The position numbers and the translations under genes were made by a program. The notes below the pieces were generated by a model that worked only from the letters and a program-made list of their open reading frames with translations, had not been told where the DNA came from and did not search any database. DNA of 64,000 nucleotides from Prochloron sp. (GTDB lineage Bacteria; Cyanobacteriota; Cyanobacteriia; Cyanobacteriales; Prochloraceae): positions 3,172,776 through 3,236,775 of the forward strand of contig OZ240666.1 of NCBI GenBank assembly GCA_965198675.1, read 5' to 3'. Positions 57,535 to 64,000 of the stretch are shown in pieces (position 1 is the stretch's first letter; each line of letters begins with the position of its first letter).

Positions 57535-58458
57535 GTGACAGAAAGAAAAAAAATCTTAACTATCCTGGGTGCAGGGGTCTGGGGTTGTGCTTTAGCTACC
57601 TTAGCCTCTCGGAACCACTGTGAAGTCCGCAGTTGGTCTCGTCGCAGTTCTGCAACTCTAGAGTCAGCAGTAGAAGGGGCTGATATCCTCTTATCTGCTG
57701 TCGACCTAAGGGGAGTTCGCCCTACTATTGAGAAACTCCTCAAAATAAAAATAAGCCATTCCCCGATCCTGGTAACAGCCACTAAAGGTTTAGATCCTCT
57801 GACCACTGGCACTCCTTCCCAAATTTGGCAAGAAGCTTTTCCCCATTATCCCCTGGTGGTTTTGTCTGGACCCAACCTTTCTAGAGAAATTGAACGGGGT
57901 TTACCAGCAGCGACGGTAGTGGCTAGTTCTGACTTAAAAGCAGCAGAGACGGTGCAAAGTACACTGGCTTCTGATAGTTTTCGCGTCTACGTTAATGACG
58001 ACCCCTTGGGAACGGAGTTGGGGGGTATTTTAAAAAACGTCATGGCGATCGCAGCTGGGGTATGCGATGGTTTGGAACTGGGAACTAATGCTAAAGCTGC
58101 TCTCTTGACCAGAGCATTACCGGAAATGATTCGGGTGGGGATTTGTTTGGGGGCGACAAGCTCCACTTTCTTTGGTTTGTCTGGTTTGGGAGACTTGCTG
58201 GCTACTTGTAATAGTCCCCTTTCTCGCAATTATCAAGTGGGGTATGGACTGGGTCAGGGTAAATCTCTAGAACAAACCTTAGCTGCTCTGAAAGGTACTG
58301 CTGAGGGAGTCAATACCACTAAAGTATTGATGGAAATCGCTGCCAAGCAAGGTCTGAGGGTTCCTATTACCCAGGAAGTCTATGGACTCCTGGAAGGAAA
58401 AACTACCCCCCGACAAACAGTTAGGGCTCTCATGGAGCGGGATCTCAAACCTGAATAA
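57535..58458 (+). CDS. gpsA: NAD(P)H-dependent glycerol-3-phosphate dehydrogenase
   Basis: ILGAGVWGCALA dinucleotide fold, …GPNLSREI…, and GLGDLLATCNSPLSRNYQVG. Confidence 0.9.
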   Translation: MTERKKILTILGAGVWGCALATLASRNHCEVRSWSRRSSATLESAVEGADILLSAVDLRGVRPTIEKLLKIKISHSPILVTATKGLDPLTTGTPSQIWQEAFPHYPLVVLSGPNLSREIERGLPAATVVASSDLKAAETVQSTLASDSFRVYVNDDPLGTELGGILKNVMAIAAGVCDGLELGTNAKAALLTRALPEMIRVGICLGATSSTFFGLSGLGDLLATCNSPLSRNYQVGYGLGQGKSLEQTLAALKGTAEGVNTTKVLMEIAAKQGLRVPITQEVYGLLEGKTTPRQTVRALMERDLKPE

Positions 58459-58574
58459 CGTACTCAATGACCAGTGAAGCAGTGACCACGTACCTTGACA
58501 GTTACCAGTTATGAGTTTGACAGGTAGGATGCTGGGAAAATTGCTGACAGGTAAGGGTTCTAACGTTTCGAGCC

Positions 58575-58618
58575 AACCCACCCCCATCCCCTCCTGAGAG
58601 GGGAGCAGAGGGGTGGGT
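58575..58618. repeat. GC-rich nested palindromic element (intergenic copy)
   Basis: AACCCACCCCCATCCCCTCCTGAGAGGGGAGCAGAGGGGTGGGT. Confidence 0.8.
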
Positions 58619-58724
58619 CACCCTGGGTGTATCAATCGCCTTGGCGACTGCTATACCTATTAACTGGAAACTAATAACTGTTAAACAACTGGTAACTGGT
58701 AACTGGTTACTGGTAACTGTGATC

Positions 58725-59711
58725 TTAATCTTGCAAAGCAGCTAAGACGGTATCGTGAATTAAGCCATTGCTCACCACTATGCCCCGGTTATCCACCATT
58801 TTCGTACCCGTAGCAAAATCCAGGGGTTTACCATACATATCCGTCACCCGTCCCCCTGCTTCTTCCACGACAATGGAACCTGCTGCATGATCCCAAATGT
58901 TTTCCCGGTAGTTGGGAGCTTTAGGGGAAGGGAGACGCAGGTACAGAGCAGCTTGTCCTGCTGCCACTATACCATATTTGGCTTGGGAGTCCACCCGCAC
59001 CGAATCTGCTGTAATGCCGATGGCCTCTGCTACCGCTTTCTGGCGGGATTGGTCTCCGTGACTGGCTTCCACGCTCTCCACAAAACAGAAGTTGGCTCCA
59101 TCATTGCTGCTGACTACCTTAATTGGGTGGGGTACCCACCCCCAACCCCCTCCCGGGAGGGGGCGAAGGGGGTGGGTGGTGGTCCCTTCTCCTCGTACCG
59201 CCACAAAGATAAGGCCCATTTCACCAGGTAATATTGGTAAGGTAAGGGCTGGGCAACCCAATATACCTAACTTAACTTCACCTTTTTCTATCAAAGCCAA
59301 GGCTATGGCGTATTGGTCTTGACGCAGAAACCCTTTTGTGCCGTCAATGGGGTCTAAGGTCCAATAGCGATCGCCAACCTTACCATTTCCCAGGTCAATC
59401 CATTGGGTTACCTTTTCTTGGGTAGTATTATTGACCACTAAAGATACATATTTAGTTATCTTACTTAAAGTATCAGCCAGAGATGGTTGGCGCAATTGAG
59501 CAGCATCTTCTTCCCCTACAATAGAGTCATCAGGAAAAGCTTCCCCTAATGCTTGGCAAATAACTGCTTGGGAACCATAGTCAGCTACGGTTACGGGACT
59601 TTTGTCATCTTTTGTCATGGCTTGGGGAATGTCCCGACGTACTTGCTGGCAAAGTTTTGCAGCTCGTTGTACTGCCTCAATGGCAATTTCTTTTTCTTTT
59701 TCGTAAGACAT
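58725..59711 (-). CDS. 3'(2'),5'-bisphosphate nucleotidase / inositol-monophosphatase family (HAL2/CysQ-like) with an in-frame palindromic-element insert
   Basis: Likely start is MSYEKEKEIAIEAV (59711). Motifs are EED, WTLDPIDGTKGF and WDHAAG. The insert at 59134-59177 is translated as …THPLRPLPGGGWGWVPHP…. Confidence 0.8.
   Translation of the reverse strand: MSYEKEKEIAIEAVQRAAKLCQQVRRDIPQAMTKDDKSPVTVADYGSQAVICQALGEAFPDDSIVGEEDAAQLRQPSLADTLSKITKYVSLVVNNTTQEKVTQWIDLGNGKVGDRYWTLDPIDGTKGFLRQDQYAIALALIEKGEVKLGILGCPALTLPILPGEMGLIFVAVRGEGTTTHPLRPLPGGGWGWVPHPIKVVSSNDGANFCFVESVEASHGDQSRQKAVAEAIGITADSVRVDSQAKYGIVAAGQAALYLRLPSPKAPNYRENIWDHAAGSIVVEEAGGRVTDMYGKPLDFATGTKMVDNRGIVVSNGLIHDTVLAALQD
59134..59177. 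repeat. GC-rich nested palindromic element inside the phosphatase ORF
   Basis: ACCCACCCCCAACCCCCTCCCGGGAGGGGGCGAAGGGGGTGGGT. Confidence 0.85.
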
Positions 59712-59794
59712 CCCTTTCTCTCCGCGCCTCTGCGTTTCTGCGTGAAACTTTATCATAAACTATAATCAAATCCTGTATTCTTAATTTAACTAAA

Positions 59795-60028
59795 TTGAGC
59801 CAAACTTGTTCTAACGTTACCACCGGTCAACCCCTGAAACCTTGGCAACAGTCAGGGTTAGAGTTGGTTGCTCTGCTTCAAGGGAAAGATGTAGTTTTAG
59901 CTATGGACTTGACGGAAAGCGTGGACTTCAATGCTGAGGGAAGGATTCGCTTGAGTCAAATTGTCCAAGATAGCTTGGATCCGGGGGATTGGCTAAATAG
60001 CTTACCCTTAAAGGAGCGATCCCGCTAA
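59795..60028 (+). pseudogene. possible vWA-domain gene fragment
   Basis: KDVVLAMDLTESVDF…IRLSQIVQDSLDPGDW resembles a degenerate vWA N-terminus (DxSxS changed to DLTES). It has a TTG start and is truncated after 77 aa. Confidence 0.25.
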
Positions 60029-60044
60029 CGCACCCTACCCCTGG

Positions 60045-61517
60045 TTAAACTTTTATTTCTTCTAACATCAACTTAGAACCCTTAACCCTGTCGGGAATAG
60101 CAATGGGATATTTTCCGGTAAAACAAGCAGAGCAAAAATGTTTTGGATTTTTTCCGGTGGCTTCGAGCATACCTTCCCAGCTAAGATAAGCTAGAGAGTC
60201 TACCCCTATGTGCTGGGCAATCTCTTCTACGGACTTAGTAGCGGCAATGAGCTGGTCCTGACTGTCTGTATCGATACCGTAGAAACAGGGGTGAGTGACT
60301 GGGGGGGAGGAGATGCGCATATGTACTTCCTTCGCTCCAGCATCCCGCAGTGCTCTAACTATTTTGCCACTAGTAGTCCCCCGCACGATGGAGTCATCCA
60401 CAATAATAGCTCGTTTCCCCCTTAAAACATCTTTCAGGGGATTCAGTTTCATGCGAATGCCGTATTCCCGCATCCTTTGAGTTGGTTCAATGAAGGTGCG
60501 ACCAACGTAGCGGTTTTTAATCAATCCTTCTCCGTAAGCAATACCAGATTCTCGGGAAAAACCGATGGCCGCTGGAATACCAGAGTCGGGAACTCCCATG
60601 ACCAAATCTGCATCCACTCTTGACTCTTTAGCCAGTTGCTTTCCTAAACGCAGGCGATAACTATAGAGGGTTTCATCCTGCATGATGCTATCGGGACGAG
60701 CAAAGTAAATCATCTCGAAGATACATAGTTTTGGTTCTGGTTTGGACAGAACCCGAAAGGAAGTCATCCCTGTTGAACTGATTACTACCAATTCTCCTGG
60801 TTCTACATCCCGCACATATGACCCACCGATAATATCTAAAGCGCAGGTTTCCGATGCTAACACATAACGATTGCCTTCTAAAATACCAATGACCAAGGGA
60901 CGAATGCCATTAGGATCTCGCACTCCCATTAACCCTGCGGGAGTTCCGATAACGAGACTGTAAGCCCCAGAACAGGATTGTAAAGCCTTAATTGCTGCAT
61001 CAGTCCAGTCTTTACCCCCATCTACTTCTTGAGCCATAAGTCCGGCAATCATTTCCGAATCAGTGGTGGTTTGAAAATCATGATTGCGCTCCTCTAACTG
61101 CTGCCGCAGTTCCATGGTATTGACTAAGTTGCCGTTGTGAGCCAAGGTGAGAATACCTAAACGGGTGGAAATCACTGCTGGCTGAGCATTGACTTTCAAG
61201 CTGGATCCCGTGGTAGAATAGCGGGTATGACCCACTGCCCAGGAACCAGGCAACTGATTCAAAACTGATTCGCTAAAGACTTGAGATACCAGCCCCATGT
61301 CTTTGTGACAATGTACTGTATCTCCGTCATAGGTGACTATCCCCGCCGATTCTTGACCTCGATGCTGGAGGGCATAGAGACCAAAATAAGTCAGTCTCCC
61401 TACTTTCAATTCTGGTGCATAGATCCCGAAGACGCCGCAGGCTTCTTGGGGCTTGTCCTGTGCCGTTGGCGCAGAGTGGACAGATTCCTTGGCGATTGTC
61501 TTCTTGACTTGGCTCAT
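60045..61517 (-). CDS. purF: amidophosphoribosyltransferase
   Basis: Ntn nucleophile context EACGVFGIYAP, PRPP loop AIIVDDSIVRGTT, and C-terminal Fe-S cysteines (PCFYGID, CSACFTGKYP). Confidence 0.95.
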   Translation of the reverse strand: MSQVKKTIAKESVHSAPTAQDKPQEACGVFGIYAPELKVGRLTYFGLYALQHRGQESAGIVTYDGDTVHCHKDMGLVSQVFSESVLNQLPGSWAVGHTRYSTTGSSLKVNAQPAVISTRLGILTLAHNGNLVNTMELRQQLEERNHDFQTTTDSEMIAGLMAQEVDGGKDWTDAAIKALQSCSGAYSLVIGTPAGLMGVRDPNGIRPLVIGILEGNRYVLASETCALDIIGGSYVRDVEPGELVVISSTGMTSFRVLSKPEPKLCIFEMIYFARPDSIMQDETLYSYRLRLGKQLAKESRVDADLVMGVPDSGIPAAIGFSRESGIAYGEGLIKNRYVGRTFIEPTQRMREYGIRMKLNPLKDVLRGKRAIIVDDSIVRGTTSGKIVRALRDAGAKEVHMRISSPPVTHPCFYGIDTDSQDQLIAATKSVEEIAQHIGVDSLAYLSWEGMLEATGKNPKHFCSACFTGKYPIAIPDRVKGSKLMLEEIKV

Positions 61518-61667
61518 GATTTAGGAAGGTTAGTCATTGTGGTTGCTCGTTATTTGCATGGTACCATTGGATAAAACTGCCCTTCTGTTCTTCGAGATGT
61601 TGGCATGGTATCCGTATCTACAGAGCTACTGGGAATCAAGCTTTCATCCCCCATACTCCTATAATAT

Positions 61668-61846
61668 GTCTGTCAGCACCCCGCGCTAAATCTCCGGGCT
61701 GCTCGAGCCTCAGAGCATGAAGCTGCGAGACCAGTCTAAGTCGCAACGAGCGGCTACGTTTTTTGAGTCACGACACCCACGAATGCGTCGCTAGTTCATG
61801 GCCCTGTCGCTTGCGACTAAACAGTTTTACGAGGGGTAAGACAGTG
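61668..61846 (+). ncRNA. candidate structured sRNA (6S-RNA-like extended hairpin), speculative
   Basis: TATAAT lies at 61660-61665. The 5' TGTCT…CCCC pairs with the 3' GGGG…AGACA. An internal helix forms between CATGAA…GCGA and TCGC…TTCATG. The candidate is divergent from purF. No sequence-family match could be verified by eye. Confidence 0.2.
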
Positions 61847-62402
61847 TTGCAAGCCTAACAAACTCTTAAAACAAAGACTCATGCGAACTTAACCCTAGCA
61901 ATAGGAGTATTACGATTAGGGGACAATCTATCTGTATTCATCTGTGTTCATCTGCGTGCATCTGCGGTTCAAAAATTGCCACTTATGTCGGTAGAATTGC
62001 CACTAGAGCAACTGGTTCTTTTGATGTTGCCACTGTCAAGGGGAGGATTTCAGGGATTAGCTACAAATATTGTCAAGCCATTCATCGTTCATGATGGATA
62101 CAGTTACCAATTTCACGGCGGATAAATCCGCCGAGTCGAACTTCCTGGGCGAGTTAAAACATCGCGGCTTCCGTTCTCCCGAAAAATATCGTGATAAATG
62201 TCTGTAACCGCTGGGCTATTGAATCTCCCACGAAGGAAACAGCTTGGATTATCGAACAAGCACTCAGAACAATCAAGAAAAAGGGGTGTCAGGAGGGATA
62301 GGGGCAGAAATGTTGAATCTATAAAAATTATCAATTATCAATTTTTGGGTGTCTATTGCCGTGCCCCCACCACACACCCTACATCCCTTGGCATAAATTT
62401 GT

Positions 62403-63827
62403 TTATAAATATTTAAGTTTAGCCTTTAATTCAGCTTCAATGCGATTTAAAATAGAAGTTTGATCCAAAGAATCCAAAATTCTTCTCACCACTACCTTAG
62501 GTCCATCTTCCCCCCAACTGGCCCCATTGGCAAGATAAGTTTTGGTAATTTGGCCCATACTATAGGAAGAAACTCCAGCCACCCCAGCTTGAGCCATAGC
62601 CACCGTTACATAACCAGTTAAAGAAGCTCCCCCTGTGGCGGGAATAGAGATGCCAAAAATACCTTTCAGGGAACTCAAACCCAAGGATACCAGTAATTCG
62701 CTCCCAGTAATCCCCCCCATACTCAGAGCAATCTTTCGCAGCAAACGGACTGCCCCAGAGCGAGTCATAGGGATACCGTAAAGGCGAGAAAGGGCTAAAA
62801 TCATGGCAATATCCATCACTGCCCCTGTGAACAAATCTATCGCCGTCACCGGGTTCAGGGCGATCGCCCCTGCTTTCGCCATCATTCCCTTGTGAATCAG
62901 TCGTTGGGCAGCATCATCGCGAATAGTCATTTTTCGCTCCACCAACCGTTGGTTGACAGAACTAGCGTACAACATAGTATTCAGGGCTACCAGGGACTTC
63001 CCCTCCCGATGCAAAATCTCCAGAATTTTCAGTTTCAGCTCCTCTACCTGGGGTGTACCTCGCCCCAGTAGCACCTTGTAACTGCCCCCTGGACGGCGGA
63101 CAGCTTCCCTCACCAAGGGAGAAGCAGCCACCATGACGATTTCCGACGGTTTTAATAACTGGCGCACCCGTTCGTCCCTGATTTTGCGGTAAATAGCAAG
63201 GCGATCTGCTTCTGGATACTGGTCGATTTTATTGAATACTAGCACCATAGGCTTACCAAACTGCCGCAACAGACGGATTGCTTTATATTCAACTTTAGTT
63301 AAATCTCCGGCGATAACAAAGAGAATTAAATCTACCCGTTGGGCAATTTGACGGGCCAAAGCTTCCCGAGTTTCTCCTGCAACCTCGTCGATACCAGGGG
63401 TATCTATTAACTCAATGCCGCTATTTTTCCCCCCAGGTAAAGAAAGACGGAGTACAGAGCTATCCCCGGTTGCCAAACTTTCCTGACTCAGTTGCCACTT
63501 CGCACTTGCTACAGAGCGGGTGACCCCGTGGAGCGGTCCCACTGTAAAGATATCTTCCCCTAAAAGGGCATTGAGAACAGAAGATTTGCCCCGTCCCACC
63601 ATACCGAAAACAGCAATTTGGACAACATATCTTTCTAACTTATCTAGCATCGTAGCAAGGCGATCTATTTGCTCAGACAACCCCGCTTGTTCCACAGAAG
63701 TTAAGTCAATATCCCCCACTAATTTGCGCAGGGAGTTTTGCGCCTTCTTGTAGTTCAGTTCTTCCTGAATTTCAGCGAAGCTGAGAATAGCGCCGGACAA
63801 GTCGAATTCCGGGGATAGGTTAGACAA
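62403..63827 (-). CDS. GTP-binding protein with C-terminal DUF697-like membrane region (paralog of 35149-36519)
   Basis: G1 GMVGRGKSSVLNAL, G3 DTPG, G4 NKID. The architecture matches the other copy. Confidence 0.8.
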   Translation of the reverse strand: MSNLSPEFDLSGAILSFAEIQEELNYKKAQNSLRKLVGDIDLTSVEQAGLSEQIDRLATMLDKLERYVVQIAVFGMVGRGKSSVLNALLGEDIFTVGPLHGVTRSVASAKWQLSQESLATGDSSVLRLSLPGGKNSGIELIDTPGIDEVAGETREALARQIAQRVDLILFVIAGDLTKVEYKAIRLLRQFGKPMVLVFNKIDQYPEADRLAIYRKIRDERVRQLLKPSEIVMVAASPLVREAVRRPGGSYKVLLGRGTPQVEELKLKILEILHREGKSLVALNTMLYASSVNQRLVERKMTIRDDAAQRLIHKGMMAKAGAIALNPVTAIDLFTGAVMDIAMILALSRLYGIPMTRSGAVRLLRKIALSMGGITGSELLVSLGLSSLKGIFGISIPATGGASLTGYVTVAMAQAGVAGVSSYSMGQITKTYLANGASWGEDGPKVVVRRILDSLDQTSILNRIEAELKAKLKYL

Positions 63828-64000
63828 GGTATGGTGTAGATGGTCGAGACATGACTGTTTCTATAATAAGATTGTATAACTAATAACTGATGAACTATTT
63901 GCCGGAGACAACTGCCTACGTTAGAATTATCAAGCAGTGCTGGCGACAGGGCAAAATAGAAGGGGAAGTGAGGGCTGGGGCCTATAAATGGCAGTTTCAG

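Noticed and set aside
61700-61830. ZTP (pfl) riboswitch in the purF leader; the minus strand contains GGGTGTCGTGACTC, reminiscent of GGGUCGUGAC
   Set aside because: The second conserved half of the motif (CCGCCUGGGC-type pseudoknot partner) and the expected P1/P2 context are absent. The similarity is limited to about 10 nt.

Overview
This is a cyanobacterial chromosome segment. It carries divergent psbN/psbH, ycf46, tatA, the rpmH-rnpA-PH-yidC-jag block and many GCGATCGC (HIP1) sites. The genome is repeat-rich and probably of a filamentous Oscillatoriales type, but the species cannot be named from the sequence alone.

Housekeeping genes present are manC-like, an amidase, recJ, an OmpR-type regulator, gpsA, a HAL2/CysQ-type phosphatase, purF and two paralogous DUF697-type GTPases.

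These genes are interleaved with an unusually heavy load of selfish DNA:
- two group II introns inside protein-coding genes, one with an RT/maturase/HNH ORF and one ORF-less and decayed;
- three TnpB-only IS200/IS605 relics;
- one IS630 element with an A8 frameshift site;
- several families of small palindromic repeats, some sitting in frame inside otherwise intact ORFs, including the NRPS and the phosphatase;
- many gene fragments (pilT, GMC oxidoreductase, NUDIX, an interrupted aldo/keto reductase, Rpn/DUF4351 genes).

Two accessory loci stand out.

1. 36.6-40.5 kb. Nine tandem RNA genes each have their own promoter and look like tRNAs (acceptor, D and T arms). Each also carries a conserved hairpin whose sequence and architecture match the Ro60-binding helix of Y RNAs. 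They lie directly upstream of a Ro60/Rsr (TROVE+vWA) gene driven by a tenth copy of the same promoter. The topology appears circularly permuted relative to the bacterial YrlA Y RNAs as I remember them. Three units still carry complete anticodon hairpins. This is my top candidate for an undescribed system.

2. 41.2-55.2 kb. An orphan NRPS cluster on the minus strand encodes a heme-oxygenase-like di-iron-type protein, an Asp/Glu-racemase-family protein, a 3152-aa A-T-C-A-T-C-A-T-R synthetase, an MFS exporter and a GT9 glycosyltransferase.

I saw no rRNA, no canonical tRNA and no CRISPR array.
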